This document shows positions 37,892 to 47,258 of a stretch of DNA of 64,000 nucleotides, piece by piece. This DNA is from Candidatus Versatilivorator sp. (GTDB lineage: Bacteria; Acidobacteriota; Terriglobia; Versatilivoradales; Versatilivoraceae), in contig OZ242296.1 of assembly GCA_965207735.1 (NCBI GenBank), positions 4,352,001 through 4,416,000 of the forward strand. The letters run 5' to 3'. Within the stretch, counting starts at the first letter, position 1; every line of letters begins with the position of its first letter. Below the pieces are notes generated by a model, which did not search any database, was not told the origin of the DNA, and saw nothing but the letters and a program-made list of their open reading frames with translations. A program made the position numbers and the translations under genes.

Positions 37892-39040
37892 CTACGGGGC
37901 CTTGGCCGAGGCGCTGCGGTTGAGCGGCAGCGCGTCGCAGAGGTGGAGCGCCACCAGCGGATAGAGGGTCCCGCTGAAGGCGATGAAGTGGTAGTTGTCG
38001 GTGTTGAGCGAACGGGTCCACCAGCGACCCGACTCTCGCTGATTTGCCAGCAGCCACCGGACACCCTTTTGGATCCCGGGATCCCGGGCGCTGACTCCGG
38101 CCTCTCGTAGCGCAACGAGAGCCAGACCCGTCTGGTGGCCGTCGCTGGGAGGGTCGGCGAATTCCTTTTCGGCCCTGAGCTTCTCGGCCCGGTTCCCCTC
38201 GCCCCACTCCTCGGGTCGGGCAAAGGCGCGTAGCGCCCACCCTCCGTCGGCCCGCTGCTTGCTCCGGATCATTTCGATGATCCGTTCCTTTTCACCCTCC
38301 TCCAGCAGGCCTTCCAACTTGGTCGAGGCCAACAGGAGCATCACCCGCCCATAGTCGTGCGGCGGTTCAACCTTGCGGAGGTAGTCCTGCAACCGCTTCA
38401 CCCCGGCTTTCAGTCCCTCGTCGCTCAGGCCGGACAGCCAACCCGGAGCCGTCCCCACCGCCAGGGCCGCTATCGTAGCTTCCTGAAAGGCGCTGGATTC
38501 CAGAGGCGGCCAGCACAGGGCGGCCTTCCACTCCCCGGTGGGAAGCTGCCGGTCAAGCAGCTGTTTCAAGGCCTGCTCGGTTTCGTCCGACAGGGTTCCG
38601 GTCACATGGGCATCCCATTCGGCCAGGCCGCGGGCAAGGTAGATCATTTGCGAATCCCCAAGCTTGCCTTTCTTGCCCAGTCGTGCGGTTCCTTCTCGAA
38701 GCACCTTCCCAAAAAAATCGCGCAACTCCCCGGAGGGTTGACCCAGGGAACGGGTCAGCGAGGGCCGCAGTGCCATGTAGCTGCCATTGGTGTGGCAGGT
38801 CACGCACTTGTGTCCGCGGCTCCAGGCAGTGGCCCCCTGGTCGAGAAAGTCCAGGGCACGCTGCACCGAGACCTCCCGGAGCTTGGGCTCATCGGCGTCC
38901 AGTCTGGGAATCTGGATGGATTCGAATTCGTATTGATACTTGAACTTGTCCTCTCCCCCGGCAACCCCGGCTGCTCCCAACAACAGCAGCGCTCCCAAGC
39001 CGCCGGCCAGCCATGCTCTCTTCACCGTTCGATCGATCAT
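37892..39040 (-). CDS. Exported prenyltransferase/squalene-hopene cyclase-like repeat protein
   Basis: Signal peptide; QW-type repeats (RQLPTGEW, KQRADGGW, NQRESGRW); C..CH motif CVTCHT; SDGH.TG. No DXDD cyclase motif seen. Confidence 0.7.
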   Translation of the reverse strand: MIDRTVKRAWLAGGLGALLLLGAAGVAGGEDKFKYQYEFESIQIPRLDADEPKLREVSVQRALDFLDQGATAWSRGHKCVTCHTNGSYMALRPSLTRSLGQPSGELRDFFGKVLREGTARLGKKGKLGDSQMIYLARGLAEWDAHVTGTLSDETEQALKQLLDRQLPTGEWKAALCWPPLESSAFQEATIAALAVGTAPGWLSGLSDEGLKAGVKRLQDYLRKVEPPHDYGRVMLLLASTKLEGLLEEGEKERIIEMIRSKQRADGGWALRAFARPEEWGEGNRAEKLRAEKEFADPPSDGHQTGLALVALREAGVSARDPGIQKGVRWLLANQRESGRWWTRSLNTDNYHFIAFSGTLYPLVALHLCDALPLNRSASAKAP

Positions 39041-39102
39041 CCCCCACCTCGCTGCCTTTGTTTTTTGTCGGGCAAGCCTCTCCTACCCGCCCCGCCCTCC
39101 CA

Positions 39103-40140
39103 TCATCGCAAATTCCGGCGCAACTCGTCCATGCTTCTCACCGGAGCCCAGGACAAAGTGTCGATGGACTCCTCGGCAGCCAGACCCAGGCGGTGCAGCC
39201 TGGCCATATCTTCGGCCGGCACCCCCGAGGAGGGCTTGCCCTCCAGTTGGTCCAGGAAGTCCGACAGGCACTCCCGCAAGCCGGGCCATCCGGCGAAGGG
39301 CCGCAGGGCCGAGACCACTCGGTCCACCCGCCACTCCGGGAGGGACCGGCTTCGAAGCCGCAACTCCCCGGTAAAGAGATCCGCAAAGAGGTCTCCGTCC
39401 CGGCCCTGGATCTCGACCCAGGTTTCGGGGCCCTGAACGCTGGAGATGTTGGCCTGAAAGGTTCCCCAAACCCCGCCGTAGTCCAGCTGGGTCAGGGCGT
39501 AGGCCTGCATGCGGCCTTCGGTTCCCCGGCCATCCTGCACCAGCACTCTTTGAGGTTGAGAACCCAGCATCGCGTCCAAGGCGTCCACGTACCAGGGAGC
39601 CAGCACATGGCTCAGGCAGAGCCCGCCTCCCGGCCGGGCATTCCAGTTGCCGTTCATCCGGATCCTGGCGGTCTGCGGCTCTCCGATGGCCCCCTCGGCC
39701 AGCCTTTGGGCGGCCGCGGCCACCACCGGGAGGAACCTCAGCTCCAGGTCGGCCTGCTGGATCTGGCCGGCCCCCAGCAATTCCACCAGAACCGGAGCGA
39801 TCCGGTCCCGACGGTGCGACACCGGGGGCTCGTAGAAAAAGGGAATTTTCGAACCGATCGCGGCCAGCAGACTCGGCTCGTGCAGGGCTTCGGGAAGAGC
39901 CATCAGCACGCCATCCAGACCGCCGGCGTCCAGCAAGGCTTGGAAGTGAGGATAGATGCGGACCTGGCTGCCCAGTTCCTCCCGGATGCGCTGCCGACTG
40001 GCCTGGCTGGGAACCGCGGCGGCCACCACCGTGCCCCTGCCGTCAGCCCGCAGGGCCGGCACATAAGCCTCGCGAGCCCAGTTGCCGTAGCCGGCAAGTC
40101 CGATGCGCAGCGGGTTCGTGTCAGGGTCTCTTTGCGTCAC
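39103..40140 (-). CDS. Gfo/Idh/MocA family oxidoreductase (divergent)
   Basis: LRIGLAGYG..A...Y.PAL, LD.V....P..LH; EPP in place of the usual EKP; G.IGE. Confidence 0.78.
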   Translation of the reverse strand: MTQRDPDTNPLRIGLAGYGNWAREAYVPALRADGRGTVVAAAVPSQASRQRIREELGSQVRIYPHFQALLDAGGLDGVLMALPEALHEPSLLAAIGSKIPFFYEPPVSHRRDRIAPVLVELLGAGQIQQADLELRFLPVVAAAAQRLAEGAIGEPQTARIRMNGNWNARPGGGLCLSHVLAPWYVDALDAMLGSQPQRVLVQDGRGTEGRMQAYALTQLDYGGVWGTFQANISSVQGPETWVEIQGRDGDLFADLFTGELRLRSRSLPEWRVDRVVSALRPFAGWPGLRECLSDFLDQLEGKPSSGVPAEDMARLHRLGLAAEESIDTLSWAPVRSMDELRRNLR

Positions 40141-40330
40141 GACAGCCTCACGACCGAGGCGAATGGTCAGTGGCTAGTGGCCAGTGCCTAGTGATTGGCC
40201 AGCTCGCGGCCTGTCCCGTGGATGATACAAGATGGAACAACGAATCTTCATGGCCTATCGGGAACAAGGGCCGTGTCCAGTTAAATTGATTTTCTACATA
40301 TTGAACATGGATACACAGGATTGAGCGGAG

Positions 40331-41527
40331 TCATCCGGGTCGGGCGCGAAATCCCAGCAGGGCCTCCACCGTGCGGGCGGCCGCCAGCAAGGCTCCGTCC
40401 TCCATGGGGCGCGCCGACAACTGCAGGCCCAGCGGCAACCCCTCGGGGGACAGCGCCGCCGGCAGCGTCACCGTGGGGCACCCCGTATAGGTCCAGAGCA
40501 GGCTGAAGCGGGGATCGCCGGTAATGGCCAGACCCCGGGGGGCGGGTCCCTCGGCCGAGGGAGACAACACCAGGTCCACTTCCTCCAGCAATCCCGACAG
40601 GGAGACGGTCAGCGAGCGCCGGTGTTGCTGAATCCGTTCCAGGGCTTCAGGAGTGACCGCTTCCCCGTCCAGCAGCAGCGCACGCAGCTTGGGGGGATAA
40701 CGGTCGCCGTGGCGTGCCATCAGTTCCGCGTGCCCTCGGGCTCCCTCGGACGCAATCAGGTCGAAGTGATTCCTGTAGGCGGCGACACACGCTTCGGGCA
40801 AGCTCATTCTCTTGACCTCGCATCCCCCGGCGGCCAAACGGTCCCCGGCCTGCGACAGCGCCCTCAGCATGACGCCGGCGGCGGGCTCGGTATGCAGGTC
40901 CGGCGCCAATCCGATCCTCAAGCGTCCGGGCTCCCCTGCCGTGGGCTCTCCCAACAGAGCAGCGACGGCCTGTTGCATATCGCTGACGCCGCGGGTGAAT
41001 AAACCCACCGTATCCACGCTGGGGGAAAAGGGAAAGACGCCGGTGACCGGCAGGCGTCCGTAGGTAGGCTTGAACCCCGTGACCCCGCAGTAGCTGGCGG
41101 GACGATTGACCGACGCCACCGTCTGGGAACCCAAAGCCAACCGAACCATCCCACAGGCCACGGCCGCGGCCGACCCGCTGCTGGAGCCCCCGGGAGTGTG
41201 GCCGGGATTCCAGGGATTGCGGGTGGCTCCCGGATCCAGAAAAGCAAACGTGGTGGTGACGGTCTTGGAGAGGACGAAGGCGCCCAGAGACAGCAGGCGC
41301 CCCACCACGCCGGCGTGTTCCCGGGCCGGTGTTTCCGGGAGAAAGTCCACGTTGCAGCGGGTCGGCATTCCCTGGACGTCGATGATGTCCTTGACCCCCA
41401 GCGACCAGCCGCTTAGCGGCCCGGCGCCGCTCTGCCGGCGGCGCAGCCGGGCCCCGACCGGGTCCCAGTCCACCAGGGCCTCGACGGTTGCCTCCCAACG
41501 CCGGATGGCTGCAAGCTCCTCTTCCAT
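40331..41527 (-). CDS. Amidase signature family protein
   Basis: GVKDIID, TRNPWN..HTPGGSSSGSAAAVA.G, GSQT..S..RPASYCGV.GFKPT, GLPLGLQL. Confidence 0.92.
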   Translation of the reverse strand: MEEELAAIRRWEATVEALVDWDPVGARLRRRQSGAGPLSGWSLGVKDIIDVQGMPTRCNVDFLPETPAREHAGVVGRLLSLGAFVLSKTVTTTFAFLDPGATRNPWNPGHTPGGSSSGSAAAVACGMVRLALGSQTVASVNRPASYCGVTGFKPTYGRLPVTGVFPFSPSVDTVGLFTRGVSDMQQAVAALLGEPTAGEPGRLRIGLAPDLHTEPAAGVMLRALSQAGDRLAAGGCEVKRMSLPEACVAAYRNHFDLIASEGARGHAELMARHGDRYPPKLRALLLDGEAVTPEALERIQQHRRSLTVSLSGLLEEVDLVLSPSAEGPAPRGLAITGDPRFSLLWTYTGCPTVTLPAALSPEGLPLGLQLSARPMEDGALLAAARTVEALLGFRARPG

Positions 41528-41626
41528 GCCTGTCCCTCCGAGGTTGCCCCGACGCCGGGTTTCCGGGAATCTTGGGTATAATCATCCGGGCGCGACTCCA
41601 CCCGACCCGGCCCGCCGCCCGACCCC

Positions 41627-42532
41627 ATGCAACCCATCGCCCTGCTGCTGATCCTGATCTCCGCGGTCATTCACGCGGGATGGAACACCCTCGGCAAGCG
41701 GAGCCGCCCCAGCGCCCCCCTTTTCCTGGCTGCCAACCTGGTCGGGTGCCTCTGCCTGCTGCCGGGGCTGGCCTACCATATCCCGAAAATTCCTGCGATT
41801 CTAGCGGAATTGTGGCCGCTGCTTGCGGTCAGCGGCTGCGCTACCGTCATCTACTACCGCTGCCTGGCCACCGCCTACAACTCCGGGGATCTCTCCCTGG
41901 CCTATCCGCTTTCACGATCCTCCCCGCTGTTTATCGTGGCGGTCATGTTCCTGCTGGGAAGGGGCTCCGAGATCAGCCGCGGATGCCTGGCCGGGATCGT
42001 TCTGGTGGTGGCCGGCTGCATTCTCCTGCCCATGAGGCACCTGGCCGACCTCAAGAGCAGCCACTACCTCAGCCGTGTCTTCCTGGCGGCCCTGATGGCG
42101 GCCCTGGCCACCACCGCTTACTCCATCGCCGACGAGCAGGCCTTGCGACTGCTGGTTTCGGGGCGGTTGGGGGCGTTTTCCAACCTCGAGGCCAGCTGGG
42201 TTTATTTTGCCTTGTGGGTCCTCTCCTCCAGCGGTTTGCAGGCGGTGGTGGTGCTGGGCCGCAAGCCGGAGCGGGCTACCTTCCTGGAGCTCATTCGCCG
42301 GCGGGCCCGGACCTACGTCCCTCTGGGACTGGGCATCAACCTGGGCTACCTGCTCATCCTGGCTGCCATGACCTGGAGCCATAACGTCAGCTACGTGGTG
42401 GCCTTTCGCCAGATCGGCATCCCGCTGGGAGCCTTGCTGGGTGTCTTCTGGCTCAAGGAGCCACTTCCCCTCCCCAAGGCCCTGGGCTTGCTGATTCTCC
42501 TCATCGGCTTGGCCTTGGTGGCGGCCGGCTGA
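41627..42532 (+). CDS. EamA/DMT family transporter
   Basis: SA..HA.WN...K, AY..GDLS..YPL.RS.P, VSYVVAFRQ, LKE; about 10 TM helices. Confidence 0.85.
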   Translation: MQPIALLLILISAVIHAGWNTLGKRSRPSAPLFLAANLVGCLCLLPGLAYHIPKIPAILAELWPLLAVSGCATVIYYRCLATAYNSGDLSLAYPLSRSSPLFIVAVMFLLGRGSEISRGCLAGIVLVVAGCILLPMRHLADLKSSHYLSRVFLAALMAALATTAYSIADEQALRLLVSGRLGAFSNLEASWVYFALWVLSSSGLQAVVVLGRKPERATFLELIRRRARTYVPLGLGINLGYLLILAAMTWSHNVSYVVAFRQIGIPLGALLGVFWLKEPLPLPKALGLLILLIGLALVAAG

Positions 42533-42657
42533 AAGAGCCCGGAGAGCGAATCTCAAAGGGAGTGACATTGATCCGGGGCTCTTGTATATTTTGTTTCATC
42601 CTTCAATCGGCAACCTCGACTCTGCGCCCGGGGCGGGGACGGCCGCGGGGAGCTTGG

Positions 42658-45213
42658 ATGGACAGGCCATCGCCACATTCCGGCCCAATTCGGACAGCCC
42701 ACAGGAGGTTTTCAGCAGCCTGCCTGGGTGCAACCCTGCTCCTGATGGCCGGGCTTCCGGCCCGCGCCGCCGTGGACTTCCAGGATCAGGTGTTACCGGT
42801 CCTGCAGGAGAGCTGCCTCCCCTGCCATGATCGCCACACCCGAACCAGCGGCTTTTCGGTGGAAAGCCTGGACTCGGTTCTGTCGGGAGGCGCCCGCCAC
42901 GGGGCCGCCGTCATGCCGGGAGCCCCTGAGCAGAGCCCCCTGTTAAAGGTGCTGCGCGGAGAGCTGGAGCCGCGGATGCCCTTGGGCCAAACCCTTTCCG
43001 AAGACCGGATCCAACTCATCGAGCAGTGGATCGGCGGGCTCTCGGCCACTCCCGGGGCGGACTCGCCGGCGGAGCCCTACTGGGCCTACGTCAAACCGGC
43101 TGCCGGGCCGCCCTCCGAGGTACAGGGCGCGCCCTGGATCCGGAACGGCATCGATGCCTTCATATGGAAACGCCTGCAGGAGGAGGGACTCTCACCCGCA
43201 CCCCCTGCCTCCCGGAGGACCCTGATCCGCAGGTTGTTCTTCGACCTTCTGGGGGTGCCGCCCGAGCCGGCCGAGGTGGAGGCCTTTGTCGACGATCCCT
43301 TCCCCAACGCCTATGAAGCCCTGGTGGACCGCCTGCTGGCCGATCCCCGCTACGGGGAGCGCTGGGGGCGCCACTGGCTGGACCTGGCCCGCTATGCCGA
43401 CACCAACGGCTACGAGGGCGATCCGGAGTACTACCACACCTGGCGCTACCGGGACTACGTCATCGATGCCTTCAATGGGGACAAGCCCTACGACCTGTTC
43501 GTGAAGGAACAGTTGGCCGGGGACGAGTTCTTCGAGATGATGTCGGCTGGAGCGCTGCCGCCTCCGGACCCGGAAAAGGTGGTGGCCCTGACCTTTCTGC
43601 GGCTGGCTCCCTTCACCGAGCCTCGCGGCGAAGAGGACCGGCACGTCCTGCTCAGTGAAATGACCTCCACCGTGGGTTCCGTTTTCCTTGGGCTGACGGT
43701 GGGCTGCGCCCAGTGTCACGATCACAAGTACGATCTGCTGCCTACCAGGGACTTCTACCGGCTCAAGGCCTTTTTCGCCACGGTGCAGATCGATCCCCCG
43801 CGCCCAGGGGACATCCAGCAACTGGGAGGGCCGCAACCCGCCGGATTCGTCAATCCGGTCCGCGGAGAGCGGTGGGAGCGGGAGCGGGCCGCATTGGAAC
43901 AACGGTTGCAAGCCACCGAAACGTCTTTCTCCCTCTTCTACGAACCGCTGCTGGAGCGACTGAAAGCCTACAGGATGGAAGCCGCCCGGGACCGCCTGTC
44001 GTCCCCCGAAGTCGAAACGCCCACCCTCAAGGACCTGAAGAAAGCCATCCGGGACGACCAGGGCTACCGGAAGTTCTCCATGGAAGAACACCGGCGGTTC
44101 TCGGACTTCAGCCACCGCGTTCTTCGGCTCAAGAACGCCATCGAGCGTCGCAAACCGTTGGCCATGTCCTTGAGAAACGCCGACGGTCCTCCCTACGGCC
44201 CCAACGTCTCCACCACCTACGTCCTGGAACGGGGCCAATGGAACCGCAAGGGAGAACCGGTGGAACCGGGATTTCCCAGCGCCGTCGAGGGCCACTCCCG
44301 ACCGGCCCGGATCGACCTGGATCCCTTCGGACGCTACCCGACCCGGGGCCGCCGACTGGTACTGGCAAAGTGGATCGCCAGCCCCGAGAATCCCCTGACG
44401 GCCCGGGTGATGGTGAATCGTCTCTGGCATTGGCACTTCGGGAGAGGCATCGTGGACACGCCCAGCGATTTCGGCAAGAACGGGGCGGCCCCGACCCATC
44501 CCCGCCTGCTGGACTGGCTGGCGCGCGAGCTGGTGGAGCGCAACTGGAGTCTCAAAGCCATGCATCGACTCATGGTGACCTCCGGCGCCTACCGCCAGTC
44601 TTCCCTCCACTCCGATCCCCATGCCGCCCGGATCGACCCGCAGAATCGATTCCTGTGGCGCTTCCGGCGGCGGCGTCTGGAGGGAGAAGCCGTCCGCGAC
44701 AGCATCTTGACGGCCAGCGGCAGACTCAACGGCGACCGGGGCGGACCTCCCGTCTTTCCTCCCCTGCCCCGGGGACTTGACGAAACCCAGAAGGTCCAGG
44801 GCACCAACACCTGGGAGACCATGTCCGACCCCCGGGCCCGCAAGCGAAGCGTCTACATCTTTCAGCGTCGCTCTCTGAGCATGCCCCTGATGGAGACCTT
44901 CGACGCTCCGGTGCCCAACGCTTCCTGCGCCCGGCGGGAGACCTCGGTCTCGGTCCTGCAGGCCCTGACCATGTACGACGGGGAGTTTGTGAACGAAGAG
45001 GCGCGCCACTTCGCCGAGCGGGTCAAGCGCGAGGGCGGCGCCGGCCCTGCCTCCCGGATCCGGCAAGCCTTCCGCATTGCCCTGGGCCGCGACCCCCGTC
45101 CCGACGAGACCGCCGGGGCGCGGCGACTGCTGGAGGAGAGCCGCTCCGGCGAGGGACTGACAGCTCTCTGCCGGGTGCTGCTGAACAGCAACGAGTTTGT
45201 GTATATCGATTAG
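42658..45213 (+). CDS. Planctomycete cytochrome c / DUF1549 / DUF1553 (PSD1) protein
   Basis: CLPCH and CAQCHDHKYD motifs, YGERWGRHWLDLARYADT.G, NPLTARV.VNRLW..HFG.G.V.TP.DFG, PTHP.LLDWLA, L.NSNEF.YID. Confidence 0.92.
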   Translation: MDRPSPHSGPIRTAHRRFSAACLGATLLLMAGLPARAAVDFQDQVLPVLQESCLPCHDRHTRTSGFSVESLDSVLSGGARHGAAVMPGAPEQSPLLKVLRGELEPRMPLGQTLSEDRIQLIEQWIGGLSATPGADSPAEPYWAYVKPAAGPPSEVQGAPWIRNGIDAFIWKRLQEEGLSPAPPASRRTLIRRLFFDLLGVPPEPAEVEAFVDDPFPNAYEALVDRLLADPRYGERWGRHWLDLARYADTNGYEGDPEYYHTWRYRDYVIDAFNGDKPYDLFVKEQLAGDEFFEMMSAGALPPPDPEKVVALTFLRLAPFTEPRGEEDRHVLLSEMTSTVGSVFLGLTVGCAQCHDHKYDLLPTRDFYRLKAFFATVQIDPPRPGDIQQLGGPQPAGFVNPVRGERWERERAALEQRLQATETSFSLFYEPLLERLKAYRMEAARDRLSSPEVETPTLKDLKKAIRDDQGYRKFSMEEHRRFSDFSHRVLRLKNAIERRKPLAMSLRNADGPPYGPNVSTTYVLERGQWNRKGEPVEPGFPSAVEGHSRPARIDLDPFGRYPTRGRRLVLAKWIASPENPLTARVMVNRLWHWHFGRGIVDTPSDFGKNGAAPTHPRLLDWLARELVERNWSLKAMHRLMVTSGAYRQSSLHSDPHAARIDPQNRFLWRFRRRRLEGEAVRDSILTASGRLNGDRGGPPVFPPLPRGLDETQKVQGTNTWETMSDPRARKRSVYIFQRRSLSMPLMETFDAPVPNASCARRETSVSVLQALTMYDGEFVNEEARHFAERVKREGGAGPASRIRQAFRIALGRDPRPDETAGARRLLEESRSGEGLTALCRVLLNSNEFVYID

Positions 45214-45226
45214 AAGGAGTTGGACC

Positions 45227-46693
45227 ATGAATGAGGAACACCGAAACCACATCGCCAAGCTGCCGCTGCAGGCTCTGTCCCGGCGGGACTTTCTCTGCCG
45301 TTCCTGCAACGGGATCGGAGCCCTGGCCCTGGCCGGCATGCTGGCGGACGAGTTGCCCGCAGGCACCCCGGAGGCGTCGGAACCTCCCCTGCCTCACTCC
45401 GGGCGCAAAGCCAAGCACTGCATCTTCATGTTCATGGCGGGAGGGGTCAGCCACGTGGACAGCTTCGACTACAAGCCGGCTCTGCAGAAACTCGCCGGGC
45501 AGGAGCTGCCCCCCTTGAGCGGTCTTTCCGGCGAGATCCAGGGCTACCTCAACAAGCCCCACCGGGTCATTCCCAGCGCCTTTGAATTCAAGCGCTACGG
45601 CCAGTCGGGGCGCGCCATCTCCACCCTCTTTCCCCGCATCGGCCAATGTGCGGACGACCTGGCCTTCGTCTATGGGATCGAGGTCGAGAACAACAACCAC
45701 GGCCCGGCCACCATGCACGTCAACACCGGGTCCCAGTTTCAGGGCAGCGCTTCGGTGGGTTCCTGGGTCGCCTATGGACTGGGCAGCCCCAACCGGAACC
45801 TGCCCGGCTACATGGTGATCCAAGACCCCAGAGGCGCCCCGGTGAACGGCGCCGCCGTCTGGGGGAGCGGCTATCTGCCCGCGGCCTACCAGGGCACCGT
45901 GCTGCGCTCCAGCGGCGCCCCCATTCTGCACCTGGACCTTCCCAGCGGAGTGGACCGCGCCCAGCAGCGGCGGGAGTTCGACCTGCTCCACTTCCTCAAC
46001 TCCCGGCACCTGGACCAGCGGCCCGGCGCTTCCGAGCTGGAGGCCAGGATCAGCGCCTACGAGCTGGCGTACCGCATGCAGGCCTCGGCCCCGGAAGCGG
46101 TGGATCTGTCGGGAGAGTCGGCCCACACCCGTCGTCTCTACGGACTGGACAATCCCGTCACCGAGGGGTTCGGGCGCCAGTGTCTGCTGGCCAGGCGGAT
46201 GGTGGAACGGGGAGTCCGGTACACGCTGCTGGTCCACGGCGTGGAGATCAACAAGCACAGTTGGGACGATCACACCAATGTGGAGGGACGCATGCGGAAC
46301 CACGCCGCCGAGGTCGACCTGCCGGTGGCGGGGCTTCTGCAGGACCTCAAGCAGCGAGGGCTGTTGGATGAAACGCTGGTGGTCTGGGCCTCGGAAATGG
46401 GCCGCACCCCTTTCCTCAACGACCTCGAGTCCAAGACTCCCGGCCGCGACCACAACCAGTTCGCCCTGGCCATGTGGATGGCTGGCGGAGATGTCAAGGG
46501 CGGCGCCACCGCCGGAGCCACCGACGAGTTCGGCGTCAAGGCCCTGGAGGAACAGATCCCCCTGCGCGACGTGCACGCCACCATCCTCAACCTGCTGGGG
46601 TTGGACGACCGGCGCCTGACCTACCTCCATGCCGGCCGCTTCCGCCGCCTGACCGACATCGGCGGCCGCGTGCTCCACGAGATCATTGCCTGA
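45227..46693 (+). CDS. DUF1501 domain protein (Tat signal)
   Basis: SRRDFL, AK..IF.FM.GG.SH.D.FDYKP, GSW..YGLGS.N..LP, FG.QCLLARR.VE.GVR, DLK.RGLLDETLV.W..E.GRTP, GRDH, RLTD..G.V. Confidence 0.92.
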   Translation: MNEEHRNHIAKLPLQALSRRDFLCRSCNGIGALALAGMLADELPAGTPEASEPPLPHSGRKAKHCIFMFMAGGVSHVDSFDYKPALQKLAGQELPPLSGLSGEIQGYLNKPHRVIPSAFEFKRYGQSGRAISTLFPRIGQCADDLAFVYGIEVENNNHGPATMHVNTGSQFQGSASVGSWVAYGLGSPNRNLPGYMVIQDPRGAPVNGAAVWGSGYLPAAYQGTVLRSSGAPILHLDLPSGVDRAQQRREFDLLHFLNSRHLDQRPGASELEARISAYELAYRMQASAPEAVDLSGESAHTRRLYGLDNPVTEGFGRQCLLARRMVERGVRYTLLVHGVEINKHSWDDHTNVEGRMRNHAAEVDLPVAGLLQDLKQRGLLDETLVVWASEMGRTPFLNDLESKTPGRDHNQFALAMWMAGGDVKGGATAGATDEFGVKALEEQIPLRDVHATILNLLGLDDRRLTYLHAGRFRRLTDIGGRVLHEIIA

Positions 46694-46781
46694 CCCAATA
46701 AAGGCGGTGGTCAGCGCTTAGCCCTCAGGAGGTCATGGTGTACAATAGAGAGCAACTCGGAACGACACGGAACGCAACGGA

Positions 46782-47072
46782 ATGACCACCGCTGTTTTCG
46801 ACACTCTAAATGCCGCCCGCCAGCTTGAAGACGCCGGCATCGAAACTAGGCAGGCCGAAGCCATCGTTTCCACCATGGCCAAGGCTTTCGACGATTCCGT
46901 CGCCACCAAGGCCGATCTAGCTGCCCTCAAGGCCGACATAGCCGCCGTCAAGGCCGAACTCAAACAGGACAACGCCGACCTCAGAACCGAACTTGCCACC
47001 GCGGTCAACCGGATACTGCTGGCGCAGCTCGCCATTGCCGGACTGCTCTTTGCCGCTCTCAAGCTGTTTTAG
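46782..47072 (+). CDS. Small coiled-coil protein, DUF1640/CCDC90-like
   Basis: FDTL..A..L..AG....QAEAI, ATKADL, heptad repeats, C-terminal TM. Confidence 0.75.
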   Translation: MTTAVFDTLNAARQLEDAGIETRQAEAIVSTMAKAFDDSVATKADLAALKADIAAVKAELKQDNADLRTELATAVNRILLAQLAIAGLLFAALKLF

Positions 47073-47258
47073 CCAAGCCTTCGAGTTGGGGTTGAAGTCC
47101 GACCGGAACGTCAAAGGCCGTAAGCCAAGCGCCTACATTCTCCAATAGTTTTTCTTCGTGTCCCTTCGTCGTCCTTCGTGCCCCTTCGTGGATATCTCTT
47201 TTCCTTCGTGGACTGAGAGCCGACGTTCGCCGCACTTGGCGTGAAATGCGGGTCTGCA

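Noticed and set aside
40281-40325. Short AT-rich patch with GAACATGGATACACAGGAT
   Set aside because: Only one copy in the window; too little evidence to call a repeat or regulatory site.
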